A stretch of 64,000 nucleotides of DNA from an uncultured Vicinamibacteraceae bacterium (GTDB lineage Bacteria; Acidobacteriota; Vicinamibacteria; Vicinamibacterales; UBA8438): assembly GCA_964636705.1 (NCBI GenBank), contig CAZWUJ010000004.1, positions 44,855 to 108,854 of the forward strand, in the 5' to 3' direction. Within the stretch, counting starts at the first letter, position 1. Every line of letters starts with the position of its first letter. The notes beneath the pieces are model-generated. The model was not told the origin of the DNA and searched no databases. It was given only the letters and a program-made list of their open reading frames with translations. Position numbers and translations under genes: made by a program. This document shows, piece by piece, positions 55,912-64,000 of this stretch.

Positions 55912-56916
55912 ATGACTGGTCGCAAACTGGTCGTTTGGGTGGCAACAGCCGGAGTCGTGTTGGGGCTGGCGCCCGTGGCGTTCGGGCAGGACACCTACAC
56001 GGCGCCACGCAACGCGTTGGGACAGCCGGATCTGTCGGGCATCTGGGCCAACAACAGCGCAACTCCGCTCGAGCGTCCCGAACAGTTGGGTGACAAGGCG
56101 ACGCTGACGGAAGAGGAGCTGGCCGAGTTGAACCGGCGGATCGAGGAATTCCGCGACGCCGAACAGGCGGGCGACCTGTTGGGCGACCGGCTGATTCAAC
56201 AGGCCCTGGGCAATGCCGAGTTCCAGGACTTCGATGTCATCACGGGAAACTACAACGCCTTCTGGCTTGTGGAGCGCGAGCTCGACAACCGCACGTCACT
56301 CATCATCGATCCGCCGAACGGCCGCATACCGGCGATGACCGATGCCGCCCAGTCCCGCGCGGCGGAGCGACGTGAATACCGCGCGGCGCATCCGTCGGAC
56401 GGCCCGGAGGACCGGTCGCTCGGTGACCGCTGCCTGCACTTCCAGGCCCCGAACATGGGCTCGGGCTACAACAGCTACTTCCAGGTGTTACAGACAGAGA
56501 CCCACGTCGCGATCTTTCAGGAGATGGGTCACTTCAGCCGGCTGATCCCGATCGACGACCGGCCGCATGTCGACGAGGACCTTCGGCTGTGGGCGGGCGA
56601 TGCGCGCGGCCGCTGGGAGGGCGACACGCTGGTGGTCGAGACGCGGAACTATTCACCCAAGACCGGCTTCAGCGGGTCTACGGAGAACCTCCACCTGGTG
56701 GAGCGCTTCACGCGGGTCAGCCCCAACATCCTGCGCCAGGAGATCACCCTGAACGATCCCGACACCTGGACCCAGCCGTGGACGGTCGAGCTGCTTCACG
56801 AGTCGACCATGGACCCGATCTTCGAGTACGCCTGCCACGAGGGGAACTACTCGATGCCGGGCATCCTGGGCGGCGCGCGGCTCGAGGAGCAGGAGGCCGC
56901 CGGAGGCGGCCAGTAG
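55912..56916 (+). CDS. Secreted hypothetical protein
   Basis: ATG preceded by GGGAGGA. Signal peptide MTGRKLVVWVATAGVVLGLAPVAFGQ. Coding-like composition, with no family recognised. Confidence 0.6.
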   Translation: MTGRKLVVWVATAGVVLGLAPVAFGQDTYTAPRNALGQPDLSGIWANNSATPLERPEQLGDKATLTEEELAELNRRIEEFRDAEQAGDLLGDRLIQQALGNAEFQDFDVITGNYNAFWLVERELDNRTSLIIDPPNGRIPAMTDAAQSRAAERREYRAAHPSDGPEDRSLGDRCLHFQAPNMGSGYNSYFQVLQTETHVAIFQEMGHFSRLIPIDDRPHVDEDLRLWAGDARGRWEGDTLVVETRNYSPKTGFSGSTENLHLVERFTRVSPNILRQEITLNDPDTWTQPWTVELLHESTMDPIFEYACHEGNYSMPGILGGARLEEQEAAGGGQ

Positions 56917-56984
56917 CCGGCCGAACCGCTCGTACGTTCTGGACGAGGCCCGCCTGGGAGCGGGCCTCGTCGCTGTACGGTCGC

Positions 56985-57584
56985 CTATCGGGCTCCCTGC
57001 CCGTCGAGGAACGCCCGGGACGCCGCCGCGTCAACCAGCGGCAGCACCTGCTCCGGGTCGAACCGGACAATCAGATAGGTGACGTGGTCGGGGATCTCGA
57101 CGAAGTGGTGGCCGGTGCCTGGCGGAATCACCAGAATGTCTCCCTGCTTCATCGTGTTGAAGTCCGGGTTCCGAATGTCTTCGGCGTTGTTGCCGGGTCC
57201 GCTCGTCGTCGTCACGCTCCGCGAGTCGGCTGCGCGGCGGACCGGGTTCACCAGATCGGACCCGGTGCGGACGGTGCCACCGCCGCTCAGGATGTAGTAG
57301 ACCTCGGTGACCAGGTCGTGTTCGCCGACCGTGCCGCGCGGATTCGACTGCCGGCCGCGGTGGACCACCGCAAGCTGGACGTTGGCGCCGCCCACATCGA
57401 CGGCGCGGAACGGCACGTCGGTAGGGCCGTAGCTACGCGTGACGAAGGCGTACTCCGTCACTTCCTCCGCGGGCATGTACTCCGCCGCGCACATCGTGCA
57501 CAACGGCTCCACATCCTGTGCCGAGAGGCGGCCGACGGCGAACGCGCAGGCCAGGGCGGCGAGGGCGATGATGGGGCGATGCAT
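56985..57584 (-). CDS. Secreted cupin-domain protein
   Basis: Trimmed to MHRPIIALAALACAFAVGRLSAQ. GEHDLVTEVYYILSGGG ... GDILVIPPGTGHHF are the cupin motifs. Confidence 0.7.
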   Translation of the reverse strand: MHRPIIALAALACAFAVGRLSAQDVEPLCTMCAAEYMPAEEVTEYAFVTRSYGPTDVPFRAVDVGGANVQLAVVHRGRQSNPRGTVGEHDLVTEVYYILSGGGTVRTGSDLVNPVRRAADSRSVTTTSGPGNNAEDIRNPDFNTMKQGDILVIPPGTGHHFVEIPDHVTYLIVRFDPEQVLPLVDAAASRAFLDGQGAR

Positions 57585-57609
57585 GGGGAGACTCCTTGGG
57601 GTCACCAGT

Positions 57610-58596
57610 CTAGCGCGCCGGCCTGGCGCGCCACAGGGCGGCGGCAACGCTGCCCACCAGTGAATGAAGCACGGCGGATATGGCGCTCGGGACGGCGGTG
57701 AGGGGATTGACGAAGTTCTGCTGCGCGAGTACGACGCCGAGACCCGAATTCTGCATGCCAACCTCGATGGCGGCGGTCCGGGCCGCCTGTTCCTGCCGGA
57801 GCCACAACCTGCCGGCCAGGTAGCCGAGCACGAAGCCGCTGGCGTGGAGCGAGAGGACGGCCAGGAGCAGGCGCACGCCGGCGTCGATCACCTGCTCGCG
57901 GTTGCCGGCGATCACGGAGCCGGCGATCAGGATGATGGCAAGGACGGCGACCAGTGGGGCAACTGGAAGAACCCGGTCGCACGCACGCGGGAAGCGTGCC
58001 TTGAGGAGCGCGCCGGCAACGACCGGAAGGATGACTACCTGCACGGTGTCGGTGAGCAGGCCGATGACGGGCACGTCGATCCGGTTGCCGGCGAGCAACG
58101 CGGTAAGCGCCGGGGTGGCGAGCGCGGCAAGCAGCGTCGAGGCGGTGGTCATCGTGACGGAGAGGGCGACGTCGGCCCGCGCGATGAAGGCGATGACGTT
58201 CGACGCGGTGCCGCCGGGGCAGCAACTCACCAGTATCAGGCCGACTGCGAACGGCGCGGGGAGTCCGAAGAGCCAGCCAAGTGTGAAGCCGAGGAGCGGC
58301 ATGAGCGTATATTGGAGCGCGACGCCCGGGAGGACGTTCGCGCGCTGGCGTAGGATGCGGCGGAAGTCCTCGAAGCCGACGGTCATCCCCATGCTCAGCA
58401 TGATGAGGCCGAGCCCGAGAGGGATCAGCGGGCCGCTGAACCAGGTGAAGAAAGCGGGGCGCCAAAGGGCAAGTGCGCTGGCGAGAATGAGCCAGAGCGG
58501 GAAGGCGTTAGTGGCGGCGGTGAGAGGACCCAACGCCGGGGATTGTAAGCGCGCGCCGCGTGCATGATGCGTGGCGGGAGGTGGACAAACGCTCAT
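57610..58596 (-). CDS. Bile acid:sodium symporter (BASS) family transporter
   Basis: LGLGLIMLSMGMTV, LILVSCCPGGTASNVIAFIA, EVGMQNSGLGVVLA. The start is uncertain because the first ~20 aa are not family-like and overlap the divergent gene. Confidence 0.8.
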   Translation of the reverse strand: MSVCPPPATHHARGARLQSPALGPLTAATNAFPLWLILASALALWRPAFFTWFSGPLIPLGLGLIMLSMGMTVGFEDFRRILRQRANVLPGVALQYTLMPLLGFTLGWLFGLPAPFAVGLILVSCCPGGTASNVIAFIARADVALSVTMTTASTLLAALATPALTALLAGNRIDVPVIGLLTDTVQVVILPVVAGALLKARFPRACDRVLPVAPLVAVLAIILIAGSVIAGNREQVIDAGVRLLLAVLSLHASGFVLGYLAGRLWLRQEQAARTAAIEVGMQNSGLGVVLAQQNFVNPLTAVPSAISAVLHSLVGSVAAALWRARPAR

Positions 58597-59416
58597 GGGG
58601 TTTCAGGCGGACCTGTTGAAGGGAAGGGCGGCGTTGGTGACGGGCGGAGGGTCCGGAATCTGCCGTGGCATGGCGCTGGCCCTGGCGGCCCACGGGTGCG
58701 ACGTCGCGGTGACCGGGCGGCGGGCGGAACCGCTGGAGGCGGTGCGGGGCGAGATTGAAGGGCTCGGCGCACGCGGATGCGCGGCGGCAGGCGACGTGCG
58801 GGATCCGGCGGCGGCCGAGGCGGCGGTCGCGTCGGCGGTGGAGGCGTTCGGGCGGCTCGACATTCTGGTCAACGGCGCGGCGGGCAACTTCCTCTGCCTT
58901 GCGGAAGACTTGTCCCCGAACGGGTTCGGCGCGGTGGTCGACATCGATCTGAAGGGGACGTTTCACATGTGCCGCGCCGCGTTGCCGCACCTGAAGGCGA
59001 GCCGGGGGAGCGTCCTGAACATCAGCGCAACGCTGCACTATCTGGGAACGGCGGCGCAGTTGCACGTGTCGGCGGCGAAGGCGGGCGTGGATGCGCTGAC
59101 CCGCGTGCTGGCGGTGGAGTGGGGCCCCTACGGCATCCGCGTCAACGGCATCGCGCCGGGACCGATCGCGGAGACCGAGGGCGTCAGGCGCCTGCTGGTG
59201 GGCGAGGCGAGAGCGCGGACCGTCAATACGACGCCGCTCCGGCGGCTGGGCGCCATCGATGACGTCTCGCAGGCGGCGCTGTACCTATGTTCGGACCTCG
59301 CATCGTTCGTGACGGGCGTGACGCTGGTGGTGGATGGGGGACTATGGCTGGCATCCAGCCGGATGAGCGAAGCATGGGATGCATCGCTGGCGGCGGCGGA
59401 AAGGCCATCATCGTAG
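58571..59416 (+). CDS. SDR-family oxidoreductase (2,4-dienoyl-CoA-reductase-like)
   Basis: GRAALVTGGGSGICRGMA, NGAAGNF, and SATLHYLGTAAQLHVSAAKAGVDAL (the region where the YxxxK active-site motif would lie). The alternative start ATG 58595 is more likely. Confidence 0.85.
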   Translation: MAGGGQTLMGFQADLLKGRAALVTGGGSGICRGMALALAAHGCDVAVTGRRAEPLEAVRGEIEGLGARGCAAAGDVRDPAAAEAAVASAVEAFGRLDILVNGAAGNFLCLAEDLSPNGFGAVVDIDLKGTFHMCRAALPHLKASRGSVLNISATLHYLGTAAQLHVSAAKAGVDALTRVLAVEWGPYGIRVNGIAPGPIAETEGVRRLLVGEARARTVNTTPLRRLGAIDDVSQAALYLCSDLASFVTGVTLVVDGGLWLASSRMSEAWDASLAAAERPSS

Positions 59417-59438
59417 TGGGGAACCGGGGAGTGACGTG

Positions 59439-59768
59439 ATGAGTGATCTGGCGAAGCAGGAGTGCATTCCGTGCAAGGGCGGCGTGCCGCCGCTGGCAGG
59501 CGCGGAGCTGGCGGGATTTCAGGAGCGGCTGGGTGGTAACTGGAACGTTGTCGAGGAGCACCATCTGGAGAAGGTGTACAAGTTCGACGACTTCCGGCAG
59601 GCGCTCGATTTCACGGTCCGGGTGGGGGAGATGGCGGAGGAGCAGGACCATCATCCCGACATCTATCTGGCGTGGGGACGCGTGAAGATCATTATCTGGA
59701 CGCACAAGATCGACGGGCTGACGGAGAGCGACTTCGTCTTTGCCGCGAAGGCCGACGCTTTGCTCTAG
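59439..59768 (+). CDS. Pterin-4-alpha-carbinolamine dehydratase
   Basis: Trimmed to MSDLAKQECIPCKGG. EEQDHHPDIYLAWGRVKIIIWTHKIDGLTESDF is the PCD signature. Confidence 0.85.
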   Translation: MSDLAKQECIPCKGGVPPLAGAELAGFQERLGGNWNVVEEHHLEKVYKFDDFRQALDFTVRVGEMAEEQDHHPDIYLAWGRVKIIIWTHKIDGLTESDFVFAAKADALL

Positions 59769-59773
59769 AACAG

Positions 59774-59880
59774 GTGCGCCGGCGTCCCCGCCGGCAAAAG
59801 GTCCGCCGGCGTCCCCGCCGGCAAAAGGTCCGCCGGCGTCCTCGCCGGCAGAACGGGTCCGCCGGCGTCCTCGCCGGCAG
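59774..59880 (+). repeat. Tandem array of four 24-29-bp hairpin units
   Basis: gt(g/c)cgccggcgtcc(c/t)cgccggca(aaag/gaacgg/g) at 59774, 59801, 59828 and 59857. Each unit contains the hairpin gccggcg-tcc(c/t)-cgccggc. Confidence 0.85.
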
Positions 59881-59900
59881 GCAGATACCGGCTCCAGAAT

Positions 59901-59918
59901 GCCGGCCTGGAGGCCGGC
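59901..59918 (+). repeat. REP1 hairpin
   Basis: gccggcc-tgga-ggccggc followed by gcaccgg, between the convergent PCD and MOSC genes. Confidence 0.8.
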
Positions 59919-59937
59919 GCACCGGCCGGCGGACCGG

Positions 59938-60405
59938 TCAATCGTCCCAGGAGACGCGATCGCCCAGCGCGATGGCGCCGTCGTCCAGAGACTCGGCGTA
60001 GGCCCCGCCGGCCCACGCCGGGCGCATCACGGCCCGCAGTCCCGGTGCGGCCTCGTCCATCCTTTCGCAAGGACGGGTCTCGCCGTTGATGCGGAATCGG
60101 CACGAGCCGATGCGCAGGATGCGGCCGCGCGTTCCCGCGAGCTCGATGCCCGAGACGAGTACGTTCGCACGGCGGATGGCAGGATCGATATGGTCCGCCA
60201 TCGCCTCGCTCACCCGGTCCCATTCACCGCGCGAGATGATCGTCACCTGCCGCTTCCCGCCCTGGTCCGCATTCCCGACGAGGCCCCTGCCGGCCCGCAG
60301 TTCGGCCTGCTCCACCGGGTCCATCGGACCGCGGCGGAACCGCTTGATCCAGATCCGTTCGAGCCGTCCTCCGCGCGTTCCTTCCGAGGGGTTCGTTTCC
60401 GCCAT
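59938..60405 (-). CDS. MOSC-domain protein
   Basis: GLVGNADQGGKRQVTIIS ... RFRINGETRPCERMDE (the conserved MOSC Cys). Confidence 0.75.
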   Translation of the reverse strand: MAETNPSEGTRGGRLERIWIKRFRRGPMDPVEQAELRAGRGLVGNADQGGKRQVTIISRGEWDRVSEAMADHIDPAIRRANVLVSGIELAGTRGRILRIGSCRFRINGETRPCERMDEAAPGLRAVMRPAWAGGAYAESLDDGAIALGDRVSWDD

Positions 60406-60493
60406 TCTCGCTACATCATCGCCTCTGCCCGTGCAAGTCCCGTTCCCGATGGCTAGGAGCCTGCGGCTCCGATGGCCGCCCAGCCGCGCCTAT

Positions 60494-60530
60494 CTAGGGG
60501 TCTGCACCGTTCCACGGCGCAGACCCCTAG
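60494..60530. repeat. REP2-family long hairpin
   Basis: ctaggggtctgcaccg-ttcca-cggcgcagacccctag, 16-bp arms with one mismatch. The core 22-mer is identical to 27020-27041. Confidence 0.75.
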
Positions 60531-60547
60531 TGTAAAATCCCCGCTCG

Positions 60548-61651
60548 ATGAGCGCACCCGCCGCCGGTACCGGCAGTCCTTCCGCTTCCGCCCGCGAGGC
60601 GCTCGACGTCTGGGTGCGCGAGGTGATCGAGTGGCATTTCGATCCCGCAACGGGCAGCCCCTTCTGGCTGGATTGGGCCGCGCGCGCGGGCTGGGATCCG
60701 CGCGACGCCGTGCGCGGCTTCGACGACCTGACGAAGTTCGGCCATTTCGAGGACGAATGGCTCCGGGGCGGGCCGGTGCGCCGCTGGGTGCCGAAGGCGT
60801 ACGCCGACCGTCCGATCTATGTCTTCGAGACTGGAGGCACGACCGGGATTCCGAAAAGCCGGATCGCGATCGATGATTTCCGGACCGACTACGAGCTCTT
60901 CTCGGAGACGCTCCCGGACGAGTGCTTCCCGAAGGGCGCCAACTGGCTGATGCTCGGGCCAAGCGGTCCGCGGCGCCTGCGCCTTGCCGTGGAGCACCTG
61001 GCGCAGTTCCGCGGCGGCATCTGTTTCTGTGTCGACCTCGACCCGCGCTGGGTGATCAAGCTGATCAGGAAGGGTTGGATGGACCACCTGAAGGCGTATC
61101 AGGCCCACGTGATCGATCAGGCCCTGACGGTGCTTTCGGCCGGCCACGACATCAAGTGCCTCTTCTCGACCCCGAAACTCATCGAGGCGCTGGCGACGCG
61201 GCTCGAAGACGAGGGTTCGAGCATCCGGGAGACGGGCATTACCGGCATCTTCGCCGGCGGAACGGAGTTCACTCCGCAGTGGAACCGTTTCGCGCACGAG
61301 GAGTTGCTCGACGGCGTCTACATGACGCCCACCTACGGCAACACCTTGATGGGACTGGCCGGCTCGCCCCCGAGCGGACCTGAGAACGGATACAAGATTA
61401 CCTACTACGCGCCACAGCCGCGCGCCGTCCTGCAGGTGGTCGATCCGGACGACGCCGACCGCGTGGTCGGCTACGGCGAGACCGGCCGGGTGATGCTGAC
61501 GACGTTGACGAAGGAGTTCTTCGTTCCCCGGTTCCTCGAGCGGGACGAGGGAGAGCGCGAGCCGCCCTGCGAGCAGTATCCTTGGGATGGCGTGAGCGGC
61601 GTCCGCCCGTTCAGCGCGCTGGCTTCCTCGACCACCGTCGGTGTCTACTGA
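60548..61651 (+). CDS. Putative adenylate-forming enzyme (PaaK / LuxE acyl-protein-synthetase-like)
   Basis: 367 aa. YVFETGGTTGIPKS resembles the (S/T)SG(S/T)TG-x-PK AMP-binding loop of PaaK/F390-synthetase/LuxE-type enzymes. The size matches LuxE-like proteins. Assignment is tentative. Confidence 0.5.
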   Translation: MSAPAAGTGSPSASAREALDVWVREVIEWHFDPATGSPFWLDWAARAGWDPRDAVRGFDDLTKFGHFEDEWLRGGPVRRWVPKAYADRPIYVFETGGTTGIPKSRIAIDDFRTDYELFSETLPDECFPKGANWLMLGPSGPRRLRLAVEHLAQFRGGICFCVDLDPRWVIKLIRKGWMDHLKAYQAHVIDQALTVLSAGHDIKCLFSTPKLIEALATRLEDEGSSIRETGITGIFAGGTEFTPQWNRFAHEELLDGVYMTPTYGNTLMGLAGSPPSGPENGYKITYYAPQPRAVLQVVDPDDADRVVGYGETGRVMLTTLTKEFFVPRFLERDEGEREPPCEQYPWDGVSGVRPFSALASSTTVGVY

Positions 61652-61760
61652 CCGGGTCAGGTATCATGAGGGGGCCGCCCCGGCGCGGCCCTGGCGAGCA
61701 ATCAGCGATAGAGTGTGACGACGGACGAACGCCGTCTACTTCAAAGGAGCGAGACCCACA

Positions 61761-62285
61761 ATGCGAACCGAACTGCTGAACCGGAACCTGCTGATAACCC
61801 TGGCGATCTTCGCCGTGGCCGCGGCCGGGTGCGGCGGCGGAGGCGGTGAGATGGCTCCCGAAGAGCCGATGGAGATGGAGGCCGAGGAGCCTGCCGCGGA
61901 CGCCGCCCCCAGCGGACCGCCGCGCGTCTTCTTCGTCGCCCCGCTCGACGGCGAAGCGATGTCCAGCGACCACGACGTCGAAATCGAGATGGGCGCGGAG
62001 AACTATCCCATCTCGGCCATTCCGGAGGGTTTCGACCCGGAGAACGACACGCCGCGCCCCGGTATGGGCCACTTCCACGTCGGACTGAATACCGACTGCC
62101 TCCCGGTCGGCGAGGTGATCCCGGAGGGCCAGGGCTGGCAGCACTTCGGTGATGGCTCGAACGCCTACACGCTGCAGGTGGAGCCGGGGACCTACCAACT
62201 GACGGTCCAGATCGGCGACGACCTCCACGTGACCCAGGAAGGGCTCTGCGAAACGATCAGCATCGAGGTGGCGGACGGCATCTAG
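61761..62285 (+). CDS. DUF4399-like lipoprotein
   Basis: Lipobox LAIFAVAAAGCGG, a low-complexity acidic linker, then PGMGHFHVGLNTDC and GTYQLTVQIGDDLH, resembling DUF4399. Confidence 0.6.
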   Translation: MRTELLNRNLLITLAIFAVAAAGCGGGGGEMAPEEPMEMEAEEPAADAAPSGPPRVFFVAPLDGEAMSSDHDVEIEMGAENYPISAIPEGFDPENDTPRPGMGHFHVGLNTDCLPVGEVIPEGQGWQHFGDGSNAYTLQVEPGTYQLTVQIGDDLHVTQEGLCETISIEVADGI

Positions 62286-62308
62286 CCGTTCGTGGTCGTC
62301 GTAACGCC

Positions 62309-63730
62309 GTGATTCACTTTCCGGCGCTGCGGTGGGGCAAGCCCTACCGAAGCCTTGATATCGACAAGGTCGTTCACTTCGACACCGGCGAACCGGTGGC
62401 GGAGGTGAGCCAGGCCAACCCGGGCATCGTTGCGCGCGATCTCCGCAAGGCGGAGCGTGCGCGTGCCGCCCTCCGGGAGGTGCCGCCGGACGAGCTGGTT
62501 GCCATGGTCAAGAAGGGCGCCGAGCTCTTCTCGTCGGCCGAACTGCCGCTCGGCGACGGAACCCAGACGCCCAGCGAGTTCGTGCGGCAACAGTCGGCGA
62601 CCACCGGTCTCCCCGAGCACATGTGCCGCATGAACATGGAGAAACTGCGGTACGTGCTCGACCACATCGACGACATCCTGGCGTCGCTCACGCGGCGGCT
62701 CGATCCGGGCATCCTCGCCCGCGGATTCGGCGAGGAGGATGGCGTGATGCGGAGCTATCAGGCGACGACGCCGGTGCTCGGCATGGTCCTGCCGTCGAAC
62801 TCGCCCGGCGTGCACAGCCTCTGGCTGCCGATCATCCCGCTGCAGATCGGCCTCGTGCTCAAGCCGGGTCCGCAGGAGCCGTGGACCCCCTGGCGGATGA
62901 CGCAGGCGTTTTTCCAGGCCGGCGTGCCGCAGGAGTCGGTCGCGCTCTATCCCGGACTGGGCGACGTCGGGGCGGCGGTATTGAACAACTGCCCGCGCAG
63001 TCTCATCTTCGGCGGAACGGCGACGGTGGAGCAGTATGCCGGCAACCCGGCCGTCCAGGTGCATGGGCCCGGTTTTTCCAAGATCCTGCTGGGCGACGAC
63101 GAAGCGGACAACTGGGAAGAGCATCTCGACCTGATGGTCGACAGCGTGCTGATCAACAGCGGCCGGAGCTGCATCAACTGTTCCGGCATCTGGACGCCGC
63201 GGCACGGACGGGCGATCGCCCAGGCCCTGGCCGAGCGGCTCGGCCCCATTGCGCCGCTGCCTCCGGAAGATCCGGACGCGGCGCTCGCGGCGTTCACGGT
63301 GCCTGGGCAGGCGCCGGCGATCTCGGCCGACATCGACAACGCGCTGAAGGAGAACGGGGTCGAGGAGACGACCGCGGCCCACCATCCGGACGGACGGCTG
63401 GTACAGCGCGAGCGGTGCGACTACCTTCGCCCGACCGTGGTCTACTGCCCGTCGTCCGAAGCGGCGATGGCGAAGAAGGAATACATGTTCCCGTTCGTGA
63501 CGGTCGTCGAATGCCCGCAGGCGAAGATGATCTCGTCGATCGGCCCGACGCTGGTCGCCACCGCGCTCACGTCGGATACGGCGTTCGAGGGGGATCTGCT
63601 CGACGCGCGGAACATCGATCGGTTGAATCTGGGGCCGATTCCGACCATCCGGCTGAACTGGCTGCAGCCCCACGAAGGCAACATCGTCGACTTCCTCTTC
63701 CGTCCGCGCGCGCTGCAGAAGGCGTCATAG
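62309..63730 (+). CDS. Aldehyde-dehydrogenase-superfamily protein, LuxC (acyl-CoA reductase)-like
   Basis: 473 aa. LPSNSPGVHSLW, LKPGPQEPWTP, IFGGTATVEQYA, VHGPGFSKILLG and NSGRSCINCSG align by eye with the LuxC/ALDH motif order. The last motif holds the catalytic-Cys position. Confidence 0.6.
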   Translation: MIHFPALRWGKPYRSLDIDKVVHFDTGEPVAEVSQANPGIVARDLRKAERARAALREVPPDELVAMVKKGAELFSSAELPLGDGTQTPSEFVRQQSATTGLPEHMCRMNMEKLRYVLDHIDDILASLTRRLDPGILARGFGEEDGVMRSYQATTPVLGMVLPSNSPGVHSLWLPIIPLQIGLVLKPGPQEPWTPWRMTQAFFQAGVPQESVALYPGLGDVGAAVLNNCPRSLIFGGTATVEQYAGNPAVQVHGPGFSKILLGDDEADNWEEHLDLMVDSVLINSGRSCINCSGIWTPRHGRAIAQALAERLGPIAPLPPEDPDAALAAFTVPGQAPAISADIDNALKENGVEETTAAHHPDGRLVQRERCDYLRPTVVYCPSSEAAMAKKEYMFPFVTVVECPQAKMISSIGPTLVATALTSDTAFEGDLLDARNIDRLNLGPIPTIRLNWLQPHEGNIVDFLFRPRALQKAS

Positions 63731-63754
63731 GCGCATTACGAACGGAGGACGCGG

Positions 63755-64000
63755 GTGCTGGACGTCCGGAACGTTTCCAAGGCGTACCCCACCGCCCGCG
63801 GTCCGCTCCCCATCCTCACCGACGTATCGTTGTCGCTCGGGCGTGGCGACGCCGCGTCCATCGTCGGGCCGTCCGGCAGCGGGAAGAGCACGCTCCTCTA
63901 CATCGTGGGCGCGCTGGAGCCGCCGTCGAGCGGACACGTGACCCTCGAGGGAACCGACCCGTTCGCCCTGAACGACATCGAGCTCTCCGCGTTCCGGAAT
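63755..64000 (+). CDS. ABC transporter ATP-binding protein (LolD/MacB-type), 3' end outside the window
   Basis: GTG 63755 preceded by GGAGGA. VLDVRNVSKAYPT...IVGPSGSGKSTLLYIVGALEPPSSG (Walker A). Confidence 0.85.
   Translation, partial: MLDVRNVSKAYPTARGPLPILTDVSLSLGRGDAASIVGPSGSGKSTLLYIVGALEPPSSGHVTLEGTDPFALNDIELSAFRN

Noticed and set aside
58594-58597. Divergent BASS and SDR genes apparently sharing overlapping start codons (CATG)
   Set aside because: This is more likely a start-codon mis-assignment for the BASS gene, whose first ~20 aa are not family-like, than a real head-to-head overlap. It cannot be resolved without conservation or TSS data.
60531-60547. Extended -10-like tgtaaaat directly upstream of the LuxE-like ORF
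   Set aside because: There is no -35 partner, and the TG is not at the canonical extended -10 spacing. It would imply a leaderless transcript and is too speculative to call.

Overview
High-GC, gene-dense bacterial chromosomal window with about 50 protein genes, one tRNA and no rRNA, CRISPR, transposase or integrase. All family calls come from motif recognition in the supplied translations or my own hand translations; no searches were run. A VWA protein with a TIGR03436-like N-terminus hints at Acidobacteria-like ancestry (inference only).

Content, left to right:
- A beta-lactamase-fold hydrolase running off the 5' edge, tRNA-Glu(CUC), and a fused feoA-feoB with a small Cys-rich partner.
- An HD/VWA gene pair, metH, a CPA2 antiporter, a tandem cyclophilin and tag.
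- A dapD-dapE-like pair convergent with dapB-dapA.
- A compact nitrogen-assimilation block. It holds glnE, then on the minus strand glnK-amt-torF-torF-glnD-glnB-glnA, a GAF/sigma-54 activator, and gltD, gltB and a LysR gene.
- A sulfate-assimilation cluster (sir, cysG, cysH, tauE ... sat/cysC).
- A putative LuxE/LuxC-like gene set and a partial ABC ATPase at the 3' edge.

Main observations:
- The sulfur cluster is split by a small accessory island at about 50.6-54.0 kb. It carries an apparently intact AAA_21-type ATPase, an internally deleted rloB, and two decayed vapBC-like modules. Its core is bracketed by ~47-bp direct repeats.
- A near-consensus sigma-54 promoter sits upstream of glnK, with a perfect 14-bp-arm palindrome and a thrice-repeated TACA-N4-TGT(A/G) motif further upstream.
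- Two intergenic REP-like repeat families are present, one with variable tandem extensions.
- The sulfite reductase has a long C-terminal extension and is tightly coupled to an unrecognised protein.

I found no complete, clearly novel multi-gene system. The island and the LuxE/LuxC-like set are the best candidates for follow-up. Many long track ORFs are antisense high-GC artefacts and were rejected.
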